64,000 bases of DNA from Yuukianura sp. NJ FZ-2021. Lineage: Eukaryota. The notes under the pieces are model-generated. The model saw only the letters and a list, made by a program, of their open reading frames with translations, was not told the DNA's origin and made no database searches. The DNA lies in NCBI GenBank assembly GCA_046563655.1, contig CM102283.1, positions 6,634,001 through 6,698,000 of the forward strand. The letters are read 5' to 3'. Positions 1 to 13,961 of the stretch are shown here, piece after piece. Position 1 is the stretch's first letter. Each line of letters begins with the position of its first letter. The position numbers and the translations under genes were made by a program.

Positions 1-141
1 CATCCAATGGGAGAGCATAATGAGCCTAACATTGTTAGCCTAACAATGCCTCCCTTTGTCCCTTATAAGGGAATCCTCTGTTCCCCTCAACCTCCATTGT
101 TGCCTCCATTGTTGAGCCAATTCTGTCCCTTTACTGCAGTG
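1..141. repeat. Probable terminal fragment of a small repeat/MITE-like element cut by the window edge
   Basis: Short internal duplications (cctccattgttg x2, gcctaaca x2) ending in a ...tttactgcagtg terminus-like sequence; the other end is not visible. Confidence 0.25.
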
Positions 142-649
142 TCACTGAAAATTATATAAATAGAATACGTACAATGTCCAAATTCAACAATTGTATTGTA
201 AAGTGCAGTATTCATATGTTATTGTGCTTTCAAAATTTTGATACATCGGATGTGTTTCATTTTATAATATTGTTCAGAAATAGAATTTTTGTGTGTTTCT
301 AACACCTAATAAATCTAACTTTATATTTAATATCAAGGCCCATTCTAACAAGGCAGCCCTGAGCCCTTAGTCAGATCACAGCTTTTGTAATTAACACAAA
401 ATTTTGGTCAAAACGTCCAAATTTTAAAAATCTGTTTGTTAAATCTACAAGTAAATTTTATGTAAATGAAATATTATACCAGTTATGTACCAAGTTTCCC
501 GGAATGCTACGACAGCTACCAAAGAAGTTGTTGAATAGTACTAAAATTGGAACTATTCAATTAAACCCATAGTTAAAGTTTAAATTTTAGGTTCTAGGTT
601 AGGGTTTTTACTTTTTAAGTGAGATTTTCTATAAGGCAGCGGTTACTGT

Positions 650-3600
650 TTAGTTGAGAAATTTTCGACATTTTTTGGTTCCACAAGAACAGGGAAGCTT
701 GACTCCCTCTTCTTCAAATTTATAGTCGTAAGTCAATTCTTCGCCAGCGATTATCTTCCGAAGAGCCATTATCAAAATGTGCTTCTTTCCCAATATTTCA
801 AGCGTCTTTGATCGACAGTTTGGCTACAAGGAAAAAATTAGAAAAAAAATAGTTAGTAATTTTGAAGTTATTCCAACAAGAGGAATGTTGAAGTTGATCG
901 TCAAAATCAAAATTCACTTACATCACAAGAGTGATTGATGAATCGAGCAGCATTTCCTTTGAGAGTTGCATCAACCACCACACGGTCATCAATTCGAAAC
1001 ATGTAGCATCCAATACCTTTCGATTCGTAGTACTTCTCGCGTAAGTCACATAAAACAGGACGGATAACCTAAAACATCAAACAGATTTCCAAAAAATTGT
1101 ATTAGTTTTAAACTATTTTACGAGTTGGGTGTGAACTTCACCTCTCCAGCATATTCGATGATGACATCTCCAGCTTCAATCTCTTTCGTTGTAAACAGTC
1201 CGCGTCCATGAATGCTTGACCAAAACACGTTCAAGTGCTTCGTTCCAAACTTGATCATGTTTCGATACTTCATGGCCATCGGCAGGCTCCCGCCCTTCTT
1301 CTCAGAGCTGTTTAACATAAGAACAATTCGATAATTAGAAGTGAAATTAAGGTTTCACCAGAGTTTTCATTTTGAAATTTAAAAATAGTTTAAACTTACA
1401 TTCTAGAAGACACTGCTGGAACTTCCGGCTGACGATGTTTAGAAGCCAACCATCCAAACATATCAAAAGGCTTTCTGCCACTAAATCCTTCACTTCGAGC
1501 TGCTCCAGTAGGATTCTCAACTACTGGTGAATCTTCAATAGATGCCTTGGGTGGTTCTTGAAATTTAAAAACATGGCCTTCCTTTGCGGCATTTTTCACA
1601 CCAGGGAGTTGCTCCAGAAGAAACTGAACTGCACGATGAGTTAGCCCAAGTTTATTGAAACTTGCAGCAGCTTCTCTTTTGTTTTCTAAAAAAAAAAACA
1701 CAAATTTCGTAAACTCAAATTCAGGTATAGATTAAAATCCAACGTTTTATATACCTGGAAGAGAAATGTTAGTTGCCGGATAAGACAGTGGTGGCAAATT
1801 ATGATTTCGTCTAGTTCCTTGGACACGTTCCAAAATGTATCCCCATACGGCTCTCACGTCGCATGATTTGTACTGTACTTTGTCATCAATTTTGACTTCA
1901 TAGACAATAACTGCACGATGAGTCTGCAAAAATAAACAAAATTATAATTTTAGTTGTAATAACACTTTAAAACGTTTTTTAAATCTTTACCAGCCGCAGA
2001 GGTGTTTGGTTCGGTTGCCCTTTCTCGTCCAATTCTAAACTGGACGGTACCGGTAGAATCACTGAAGTTTCTAAACACGTTCTACTTTCGTTTCCTTCAG
2101 CACTGTCGTCTTCTGCTATCGTTCGATTAGAATCTTCATCATCTCCATCTGCATTTGGATCTGGAATTGGAATTGTGTACACAACTGGTTGTACAACTAC
2201 ATCAGTCGAAGTACCCGCCTGGTCACCCGTTGTAATCTTCCCCTTAATTTTCAAAGTTTTGAACATTCCGGGGAATTGATTGTTGGGAGTAGCCGTCGAA
2301 CCGCTGATTTTATTAATCGAATAAGAATCACCACCAGCCTGCCTTTTCAACCGGATTTTTATACTTGTTTTGTCTGCATTTGGCAGTGTCGGTTTTTCTG
2401 GAGTCGGATTGCTTGGTTTTTCTGGAGTCACAGACGGTGACTTCTTAATGTCACCAACTTCTTTATTTGCTGTGTCCGGGGGAAGAATAGGTTCAACTGG
2501 CATGTCATGTTGTTCTGGAAGTGTCACTTGGTCCATTGTAGTTTCAGTTGGCGACGGCGACGGTGCAGTAGGAATTGGAAAATGAGTGACATTCGGAGTC
2601 ACGCTGTGATCAGTCGTAATTGGTCGTTCTGGTGTCGTAGGAGCTACCAGATTGAGATTAACTTCTAACTGGCTATTGGTATTCATGGAAGACGGGAATG
2701 TAAATGAAGATCCGAGTTGTTGTATTTGATCAGAAATTTTCTGGAGCGGATGTTGTTCCATGGGTCGAACTACAGCTATATTTGGAGATGGTGTTGGTGC
2801 TTTGAGAAGTGTTGGAGCAGTTGAGGCCGAGACGATTGGAGCTGCCAAGGAATTTAAAGTGACGGTGGCTGCTGGTGTGAGAGGATGAGTTAGAACAGTC
2901 GGGGGTTGCGGTGGCTTAAAGCTATCAGTGGAATCACCTATCTGCGCCTGTCCTTCAGTGACATTCATGAACGACGGGCCTTGTCTGACAGTGGTAGTTG
3001 TGGAAGTAGTAGCGGCAGTAGCTGGAAGTAACTTCGGAAGTGTCGAATTCGGTGAGGTCATTGACCGGAACAGTTGGAGACCCTGACCTTGCCGCTCCGA
3101 GACAATACTTGCCAGACGAGCACGCACTCTACCAGTTTTTTGTTTTCGGACGTTCGCAACTGCTGGGGGCTTTTGGATCGTCCAGAAAGGCGGATTCATT
3201 TGCAGAACGGTATTGAAAGATGTTGGAAGGCGAAGACAATCTGCACATGAACAATTCGAAACTTTGTGATTGGTGGGCTGTCTTGTACACTCGTGACTCG
3301 TTCCAGGTATTTGTTCGGACTGAAAACTTTGTAAATTTTCTGGTGAAGTTGTGACGATAGGAGGATGGTTGAGTGACTGTTGACTTTCTTCTGGATATGG
3401 ATTCGCTGGAAGATATGTACGTTGATGCTGGTGAGCATACATTGTTGGATCAGCTGACACAAGAGTTTGAGTATTTCCTTGCTGGACAACCATGTAAGTA
3501 GCTAAACCGTCAGATGTTTGATGTATTTGCTGGTGTCGTGGGGCTCCAGTAGCCGTCAGTCCATGTTGCTGATGTTGGTGCAGAACAGGATTCACGGCAT

Positions 3601-6600
3601 TCATCAACATTGACGTCGATGTTGAAGATGCTTGAGCAGTACTTTGGTAGTATACTTGATTTTCACATTGACCTGCATGGTGGCTCACAGCCCTTGGAAT
3701 ATGTTGTTGTTGTTGTAGAATTTCTCGTTGATGTTGTTCATTTTGATAACTTGTTGAATGCTGACTGTGTTGAAGTAGCGTATTTCGATGGAGGTGAGCT
3801 GCCGTCTGAATTTGGTGTTTATATTGTTCATACTGGGCTTCAGTAGGTTGATGGGGAGTTGGCAGTGGTGGTGGCGCTTGAGAAATATTGTTGTAGACTG
3901 AATGCTGGTGCAAGAACGTAGGATGGTGAGGTGCTGCGGGGTTTCCTTGCTGTTGTTGCGGCACAACAGGAACTTGCTGCTGCTGCTGGGTCATAACAGG
4001 AACTTGAATTGTTATCAGCTGACCCGTAGCTGCATCTTGGAAAGTCATTGTTTGTAGCTGCTGATGTGAATTTGGATATTGAAAAAATGGTGACTGAAAT
4101 TGCTGCTGGAATGGCGCTGCTCCAAACGCAGGAGGTTGTACGGTTTGAAAATTTTGAAAATTCTGTACGGGCAGTGACGGTACATTGAGTTCTTGTTGTA
4201 GAGGTGGCCTTGGATACTGATTTGGAAAACCTTGTAATTCGTTCATATTTGTAACAGGGTAACTAGGAGGTTCCGAGACTGGATTCCAACTGGTTTCACC
4301 AACATAGTCATTGGAGGACGACGTTCCAGTAGGTGGTAGGTTCACATTATGTTCTGTATATGGAATTGGAGTTCTTGGCTCTTGTGACTTTGCGTCAGGA
4401 AATTGACCCAAAGTATCGACAGACTCAGATTCCGGTGCATTTCCCTCTTCTTGTGACCCAAACATGCTCATTGCCTCAGCAATTTGGTCAACTTCGTTCT
4501 CACAATGTTCTTCTTCAGCATCAGCTGGAGGTGGTAGTACTTGTTCCTTGACGTCCACTAAAATATTTCCTTGGACTTCAGCACCAGTGTTATAGTCAAC
4601 GTTATTCTCGTCATCAATTACAGGAATTCCTGCCTCAGAGAGCATTTCTTCCTCTGGAACGGAATCAGCAGCATCGGAGAGTCCAGTGATGTCACAAGGA
4701 AGTACTTTAACTTCTTCATCTTCATGTACTTCCACAATTGTGCTGGAACAAGATGTTGAAATTTGGTTGATAGGGTGATTTTGAACGATAGCAGCAGACA
4801 TTGATGTCATTTCGTCACACATGGATTCAGACGAGTCAGATGTTTCTGTATCGCTGTCATCAGATGCGATACTGGCTGGATAATTCCCCAAGGGTAGAAA
4901 TGTTGACGGCCTTGGAAGTACTGCTTCATCTGTTCTGTTAACTTCATCATCCAAGTCCTCCTCTTCATCATCACTTTCGCTACTAATTCCTAAAACGACG
5001 CAGTTCCCCAGATGATTCTTGTAGCTCTGACTAGTTCTGTACGTATTCTTACACCTAACGCAATACACTCTTCCAGCATCATCCGCAACTGGAGATTCCT
5101 TGGGTACCGGAATTTCAGTGGTGTCGAAACTTGTATCCCCGTCATGCGACATTTCACTATCCTCTTCGTCACTTCTATGTTTCAAATGTCTGACGGTACC
5201 ATGATATGAATCAAAAGAGTTTCCCGGATATCGAGAAGTGCTTGGTCCAGGCAAGGAACTTGAGGTACTGGATGATTCCAGCATGTCGACGACTGGAACA
5301 ATATTGGCAGTTGGAGATTTCTTCTTAGCAGCCTTCGGCTTCCTTCCGCGTTTCTTTGGACTTTCAGATGTTGCTTTTGGTACTGGAGTATCCGTTACAG
5401 TTGATTGGTTACTTTTGTTCGATTTCTTCCGGGAGTTCTTGTGTTTACAAAACTTCAAATGACGTGTGAGTGACGCTTGACTGGAAAAATCTTTTTTACA
5501 TCCCGAACATTTGAATTCTTGTTTCTTCTGTGATGCTAGTTTCGCTTCTTGCAATTTCTTCCTACTTCGCAAAGCTCGTCCACCGTAGACAGAGTCCCTC
5601 CTCGACGTATCTGCTTTATGGCTTGACGAGTTGACATCTTTAGACTTCTTGGAAAGTTTGTCCTGTGGGTGCTTGCTTAAAACTTTCTTGGCAGTATTTG
5701 TCCCTCCTTTGGTTCTAGTACTTGAAAGTTTTGCTTGTTTTTGCTTCTTGTCCATTTTGGCAGCACTGGAACCCTTAAAAAAAATTAATTCAATAATGTT
5801 AAAATTATTAAAACGTTATTTATCCTTTTTGCTGAATTACTTGTCTCTGATCTCCCTCGCTGTCACTGTCACTGCTGACACTGGAAAGCGATTGAGAATC
5901 TTCATCATCGTCGCTCGAATCAGAGTCACCAGCACCATCCACTTGAGGAATGAGAAACTGACGGTAATGGTAATTTCGTATCTTATTGGCGGGAGTGACA
6001 TCCAGGAAATCATCTTCGTCACCATAAACAGTTTCAGCATCGGTGTCAGCAATACTGACTTCTGAGGAAGAACCTTTTCGTTTGAAATAAGTGCCTTCGT
6101 CGGAGTAGTTGTACACAGCACAATATGGATGTTCAATGTGAACATGTACGGTGGCGTTGACACGTCGCGTCGAGGTCTGCTCAATCATATCTGCATAGTC
6201 GAAGGCGTCAATCACAGTTTCAGCGTCAGTGTCAGCAATACTTTCTTCCGATACAGAGCCGTTTCTTGTCAAATAAGCTTCTTCTTCAGTGTACTTGTAC
6301 ACGGCACAATATGGATGCTCGATGTGAACTTGCCTAGTGGCTTTCTTTTCCAAAATATCGGCGTAGTCGAAGTCGTCAGTCACAGTTTCAGCGTCGGAGT
6401 CCACCACTGTTTCGTCCGTTTCGCTTCGGATTTCAACCTCGCTGTTGGCGTCGTCAATCACAGTTTCCGCGTCGGTGTCGACCAGAGTTTCGTCCGATTC
6501 GGTTCGGATTTCAACCTTGTCAGAGTAGCCAGTTTCCGCTTCAGCGTCGGTATCCACCACTGTTTCGTCCGATTCGGTTCGAATTTCAACGTCCTGATCC

Positions 6601-9600
6601 TTATCGGAGTCATCAATCGTTGTTTCAGCGTCGGTGACCACCAGAGTTTCGTCTGATTCGGTTCGGATTTCGGCTTCCTTCTTAGACTCACTGGCAATGT
6701 GTTCGCTCACATTGTCTAATTCGTCCCAGTCTTCATTTCCACCAATCAAATCGTCGAAACAGGCATCAAAGTCTTCTTTCTCGGCTTCAACGACACACGT
6801 TCTGAACAAATCGTCTTCAAGTGACATTGCTGAACTAATGCTTCTTTGGTCGTCGTCTTCCCCATCCATGTCAGCATCGCTGCCACTTGAATCTAGCGTG
6901 TCTTCGAACAAGAGTCCACATGGATACAGCCACTCGTTGTAATATTCGTCAATGTACTTCGGTGTTGTGTCTACCCAGTCATGGAAAGCTTTCACTTGTT
7001 TCAACTTTTGGGCAATTTTAGGCTGGGATTTTGTATGGTCCACTCGGATGTTTATGTCGCGTAACTTTCTGCAGTACTTTGATCTTCTAGCTTCTTGCTT
7101 CTTAACGACAGTGTTGACACTATACGTCAGTTTCTTAGGAAACTTTGACGTTGAGGAGGAAGAAGTATCAAACGACCAGAATACTCGCGATGCTTCGTAG
7201 TTCAATGGTATTAGGGAAGATTCGTCGAAGTCTTTCTCCACAGATAGCGGAGCCAAGTGACCAAGAGACTCGATCTTCAGAGAGCCAATGTAGACGGCGA
7301 CGTTGTCGGACCAGAGGACTTTGTCTTTCTTCCTTATCCAGTCCGTGTCGACATGAACTTGACGAAGTACCTACAAATTCGGTTTTTTAGGATTAGCACG
7401 TAGTAGTAGTATGTACGTAGTTAAATTTTTTTTTCAAGTTTCCGGTGGTTGTTATTGAGAAGGACTTAAGGACTAATGGTAATTTGTTTTCTGGGAGACT
7501 GAAACGTACCCTCATGTCTAGTTGCCTTGGACCCTTGGATCTACTGACATGTTCAGAGCAAAACATCCCTTTGTCCTCGAGAAGAATACAGGAACTCCGT
7601 AAGGCACAGGGAAAGTGGAATGATTTTGGGCAGGATTGAACACAGCATGAGACGCTCGCCCCCCTTTCCCCGCAAATCATACAATTGAGACCCTTGCTCC
7701 GTCCAAGGGCTACTCCAACCTATAAATTAAACCAAATGAAAAGAAGAATTATGATCTTTCATCCCAAACTTTAAAATTCTAAAGCCAAATTCAAAAAATT
7801 CAAAAACCAAAACAAAAAAAAAAGTTCCACCAACCTGTTTCAAAGCTCCATCTTCGTCTTCCCATACCTCGGAAGACCATAGGGCGCAGTTGACATGAAC
7901 CCATTCAGACAAACCGGCCCACAATAGTCGTCCACAGAAATCGGGCGGAGAATCTCCCGCTTTTTGACAGAATGAGCACAAACGTGGATCAGTTTCCAGT
8001 CCTTTGTCCCATCTAAAGTCTTCAAATGGATTCCATAAGCGAAGTTCTGCATTGCTAATTTCTTGTAGTTTAAAGCTCTCTTCCTCTTCAACTTCTTGCT
8101 TAAAAGATGTCGTCGATTCTGCTTCTTGCGCAGAGTTGACATCTTCGAAGTCATGAGAGTTGAACCATGGAAATACTTTGGTAAAAGCAGACTCAAAATG
8201 GGATTTTAGCTGGCACTGGGGAGCGCTTTCTTCAAGATTTGTAATAAACTTCAATGCCTTTTCGTAGATAGATTTGACGGATAAGGCAGGGAAGTTGAGT
8301 TGGTCAATGATGGAATCCCTGACAGAACTGGCAAGTTTTGAAGGACTGGCAATTGTCGCCACTGGTTGAAATTTTACCGGTGTCATGTATACTTCTAGCT
8401 CAACTTTGGGTTCAATTGTTGTGGATGGTAAGGGGATGGACTTTTGGTTTTGTTTCGGCAGCAGCGGTGGTGATGTGGACAATTTCTGGCAATCTTGCAG
8501 CAGTATAAAGCATTCCTTGTCTACCAATTTTGACTTTGTCGAATTCAGCGACGATTCACGTATTTTTTCATTGAGCTTTTCGTTTGGAGCGCCAACACTA
8601 CTGGAACTGTGATTTGAAAATAGTTGCCTCACGACTGTTGTGTTTTCTTTGCTGGATGGCGATGGTGCTTTGGCGGGAAAAAGTAAATCAGGAACCACTG
8701 TGATATGTGACATGTTGTTAGGTTTCACTGGTGTATTTTCACGACTCGGTTGAAGTATGCGAAGTTTGCGGGAGGAAACGCTAACCCTATTCTGAAATAA
8801 GTCCAGTACTTCTTTCCAGTCAGACTCGATTTGGGACAAAACTGCTTTCCGCCAGTACACACTTCGCGGATCTTCACATTCCCTGGAAATATTTACGACA
8901 AAAAAAAACGTATAAGCAAAATTGAACTAACGTGAATGACATCATCGTCGCTATCTGCTAGAAACTCTACTAAAAAAAAAAGACAACGAAGATAAAAATG
9001 CAAATGACCTGCAAATAAACTCCACAGATTCTGGAAGATTACTAAGAATTTGATACTGCTCCGCTGTTACGTTTTCACAGTCAGCATGAATCCAGTGTTC
9101 ACATCTTGCACATTCCATCATCTAAAATTTCAATTAAAAATCATTAGTTGGAAAGGAATTAAGTCATAAGAAAATTGTTAGGTACACTTTTACCTTTGTG
9201 TCGAAGTCATCGTCATCATAGCATACAGAGCAGAGTGGACAGTACGACCCTTTCTTCTTTTGCCGGATACAAACTTGGCACAATTGCTTTTGATCAGTAT
9301 CGTTTTTGTTCCCTCGACGCTCAATTCGTTTCCCACAACTGCTGCACTTGTAACACTGTTCACAGAGTCGAATTTTCTGACTTCCTTTCTTGACTCCTTG
9401 GGGACAACAATTGGCATGGACAACACGAGGACAAGACGGACATTTAAGAAACGTCGGATCTTTGGTACAGCTTTTGGAATTACTGGAAGGCAAATCGTGG
9501 CTCTTGCAAACATAACAAACGTAACATCTTTCACAGTTCCAAGTCCGCAACATCTTTTTCAATTCTAAAACTTTAGTTTGTTCCATGTCCTGGTCTGGAC

Positions 9601-11593
9601 TGTAGTAAGTGCTTGAGGAACTTGGCGTAAACGTTGGCGATAGAACTGAGATTTCATGTTTCATTTCAGACACTGAATTTAATTGATGCTCAAGCGACAA
9701 GGATTCACCGGTTGGTTTGGTTTCTAGTTCGGAATGAGTAATGGAGATGGATGGAATACAGGCGACATATGCAGATAGAACTGATTCGTGTCCGGTACAG
9801 TAGGGATGGTAAGGCTCACAACAACTCGAACAAAATATCAACTGCAATTTTCAAAAACAGTTAACACTTGTAAACTACTATAATCTAAAGGCAATACTAA
9901 AAGTGCATTCTCGCTGTTCAGCGAGCAAGCATTTATGAAGGTTAGGTTTAGGATAATGGCAGGAAACGTTTAGCGACCATTGACCATTTTTAATAGTTCC
10001 GCGCCAATTCAAAAACTTGAAACCATTTTGAAACTTGAAAGGTTTTCAACTTAAACAAAAACGAAAGAAAATTCAAAAAATAACGATTAACGATAAGAAG
10101 CAAAAATAATTAGGGGTGGTTAGGCTTTAGAAGCAAAGGAAAAACGTAAGAATAGTGTAAGTGCTAAATGCGTGTTCCAGAATATTAGTTCGAGAGGCAA
10201 TAATGTACTTGTCCGATTCCAGCGGAGCCACAACGGAAGCACAGTGGTCCTGGAGGGGCCACTTTCTGCGACTTATCAATGATCACCGGGAAGCCATACT
10301 CGAGACTGTCTTGCAAACCAACTGGACACTGGTTGAGTCGGACCAACGTTTTCTCGGATTCAGTTCCGTGTGGTTCCTGTACAGCCAATTACAAATTTCG
10401 TATGTCAGGACAACGATCAGTGAATTCAGAATAATGTGAGAGCTTTTTATGATAAAGTCAAAGTGCTGTGAATCTTTGAAGTATGAAAAAGGCTTAAAAC
10501 AGTGATAAAAAACAGAATCAAAAACAGTATTTTGAAGTATGGTAACTCACATCTTGATTTCGGAGGTCTGAGACAGGGGGGAATTTATTCTCGACGTTCT
10601 CGTCATCGGACTCATCAGAATCAGAGTCACTTTCCATTTCAACAATAAACTTTCCCGATCTATAACCTGAATCTGGAATAAGTTATATTTGTTATCAATC
10701 AACAATAAACATTGTGTGATAATAAATAAGGTTGAGCAAGAACTCAAAGTTCCGTAAACAGCAGGCACAAATCATAAATAAAGCAAAGTAAAATAGTAAA
10801 AATTATGAAGTAACTCAGTAAGTTGCCCATACTTGTTGGAATGTCCCGAGCGTATCTGACAATTGGAATGCCGCTGATGGGAATATTGCACATGGCGCCG
10901 GAGACTAGTCGCAAAGGCAGTGGAGACAGAGGTGTCGTAAACGTTGCGGATGCTGCCAACGTTTGTCGAGCTACAGAAAGTACAAAGTCAATTATCAACT
11001 CCGGAGTTAATAAAGCAAAACCAATTACACAAATTCGTTACCTGTCGTGTTTTCTGCTGCTTGTAGAGTTCGAGTAGTAGATTTTGTAACCGATGCGTGA
11101 CTATTCGTCGAAAACCGGGCTACAGCTGATGACGAGACATTCACACCGGAACTTCGTACGTCTGGCTTGTAAAACGAAGGTTGGACACCCAATTCCTGGA
11201 GCTTGACCTCAAGAGAGTAAATCTCGCTTTGAATTCGTCCGTGGTTCATCTTCAGTCGATTGGCAAACTCTTGGTCAAATCCAAGACATCCATCCTATAA
11301 ATGATGCAACGTCAAAATTAACATTTGAATAAAAGTTAAAATCAAGTTGAAGTTAAAATTAAACTTTGTACATTGCTGACCTCATTATCATCATCTTCCT
11401 GACCGAATAGATCACGGAAAATCTTTGATCGGCTCACGATTTCAGCCTCAATGGCAACCATTTCCGCCGGAAGAACTTTCTCATCGATGCTCCTGTCTTT
11501 GTAAGACACAGATACATGGTCCTCCATGGTCCTGGTTCCATTTAGAAATCGCTTCACAGGCTTCCCCGGAAACTTGGCTCTTTGGCTGGACAT
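650..11593 (-). CDS. trx: Trithorax/MLL1-2 family histone H3K4 methyltransferase, multi-exon
   Basis: N-terminal RAKFPGKP (menin-binding-like); PHD1-3 ([39 protein letters not shown]); extended PHD ([21 protein letters not shown]); Taspase1-type QVDGAGD; WIN motif [20 protein letters not shown] ([28 protein letters not shown]); post-SET ending KCRKFLN* at 650-652. The introns I checked join in phase. Confidence 0.95.
6030..6670 (-). repeat. Coding tandem repeats in trx: four EIR(T/S)E(S/T)DET..(T/S)DAE units plus a duplicated ~50-aa block containing [10 protein letters not shown]
   Basis: Visible directly in ORF 5820..7256 and at DNA level (repeated gtttcgtccgattcggttcg.atttc). Confidence 0.9.
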
Positions 11594-13961
11594 CCTTGCA
11601 TATGCTTACTGCAGTTAACCTTTACGATTAAGGTCAGATTAGAATCTATCTCTGACAATCAATTGAAAGCCAAAGTGTGATGATAGTAAGGCTTACTATA
11701 AGTAAGCCCGACGTTGTAAGACTTTAATCAAGCAGACATTAAGTAAAGTGGCGATTAATTACATCACCACAACTTAACAAAGGGAATTAGTAATTAAATT
11801 CTCCCCTGCAATTGCAAATCACTAGGATTTACTAAACTAAAACACTGGTTGCTTTTGTACACGAACAGGTGAGCCCATTGTTCCCATTTTTTCATCACCA
11901 CAATTGGGCAAAGGTTGGTATTTTAAAAAATCATCCAAACTTTCGTAATCTTTGAAAGCAAAATTTTGATTATAACAAAAAAAAATTAGCAACCGAGCAA
12001 AAGCACATTACCACAACAAGCTAAGTAACACAGTCATTGGAGGTTTCGAACCATAAATAGGCAATAATAAATTAATTATACTAAAATAACTAGTAATGGC
12101 GAAGAGTAGTAATTATGGAACTCTTGGAGTGACCTAAAAATTCCTGGAATCAAAAAACAGTGGCACCGAAATTTCCCGCTCTTGTTTGGAGGGAAGAAAT
12201 TTGTACTAATTTGGGGCATGCTAAGAATATAGTTTTACCCAGGGTATTATATGGGTTTTACCCCCTTATGCACATGAATTAATATATTATTGTTTCAATG
12301 AAGTAATCAAATGAATATTTGAATAAATTCTGACATTGTAATATATCATTTTCATTACTCATTCATGTGTGTCATAGTCATAGGTATAATTTAAAATTTT
12401 GCTGAGCACTAGCACAATAGCATGAGCACATGAAAGATGCTGCGTTATATTATTACTATTAAAGTTAACTCCAAGTTCGGTTTTGCATTGGTGTTCGGTC
12501 TAAGATTTGTCATCGACGGAATTAAAATAAGAACTAAATCATAAAATATTTTCAAAATATAATTTGTCATAACTTATTCTTATGATACACGTGCCAATGG
12601 CGTCAGTAAGTTAGGAAAGGAAAGAGCGTATGAAGTTCAATAAATTCTGTCGCCTTCGCAGAACCATAAGTACACAGTGTTACTGTACACTGCGACGTTA
12701 AATATTTTTTAGGCCGAATGCCAACTGGAGCTGAAATTTGTGTCACTGTCATTTGTGTTTTGACACTTTCGATGAACTTGACCAATGTACATAAGAAGCC
12801 AAGCGAAGATGGAAGTTTTGAAGGTAACGATCCCGTTGGGAAATGAACTGAAATTTTTACTACTTAAGTAACCGTGAAACTCCATTAGTACTTTGGAATT
12901 TTTAGATACTCTTTCCAATTGAAAACGTCAAATTTTAAATTTTATTTCCCATTACGACTTTTAAGCAGGAGCTAACGGAAGTGAGGCGCTTAAATTTTTA
13001 TGATTATTGGAACAGTTGACCTTAAATCCATCTGGTTTCCATTACACAGTCCTTCAAAAGAATTCCAAGGAAGTTGGCCATTCGCCTACAAATAAATCCG
13101 TCCCGAATTAAATTTTAAATAAACATGTTATGTTTATTTCAATGCTCATGACTTCAATCTGGAAGTTCATAAAATTATACGCCCAAGATCAAAACTTAGC
13201 GCGACGCCTACAATACAGAGTACAAAGCAGTCCAGTAGGTTTTTAGTTTAATTCTTCCAAAAGTATGAAAATAATAAAATTTCAATTTTATGTTCTGTTT
13301 TTCTGAGCAAACGATCTGATTGGCTAAACATTTTGCTAATTGTGTTGTGTTTGATTTGATATTTGGAATTCAATTCAGCGGATTTCTCAGAAACATGAAA
13401 TGACTCGAAAAATTGATCTTCGCAGAAACGCGTCTGCCTTTTATTGGATAAAAATTCGAAATGTGTGAACAAGATTGGACTGAAGTTGTCAAAGATCAAG
13501 TTGCAAAAAGTAGCCATGGCTCCAACACCTACGTAGCATGCTAATATTTCTCGTCTTCCTGTCGCAAAAATCCGCGCCATGCAAAATAATGTCTTTTCAT
13601 GAAAACCGAAAACAGAAATTGCGTATGGGGAGTTTAGCTGCTAAGGAAAAGAAGAGATTTTCTAAAAACAGTTCACTGAATCACGTCAAATAAAAATAGA
13701 ATTTTGAATGAAAATGCAGAGCTCAAAACGAGACGCCTCCACTTTGAAAAGGTTTTTCGAATGTGTTCAAACAAAATTTGCAAGAGCTCTGAAAGAGACG
13801 CTTTACTGAAAAAGTTCTGAACAGTTAACATTTTTCAAGTGTTTCGTGCTTGCGTTCCACTTTCTGATCCTTGGACTAAACATTTTGAATTGAGTTTTTG
13901 AAATTTTCAAAAAACAGAGAAAAAAGGAAACTGTAACTTTCACAGTGCAAAAACGGGACAA

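Noticed and set aside
6129-6656. 175-aa plus-strand ORF
   Set aside because: Antisense shadow of the repetitive trx exon.
12597-13580. Possible small gene(s): minus ORF 13248-13580 and an exon-like plus segment 12713-12823
   Set aside because: No recognisable homology and no consistent multi-exon model; cannot be supported without transcripts.
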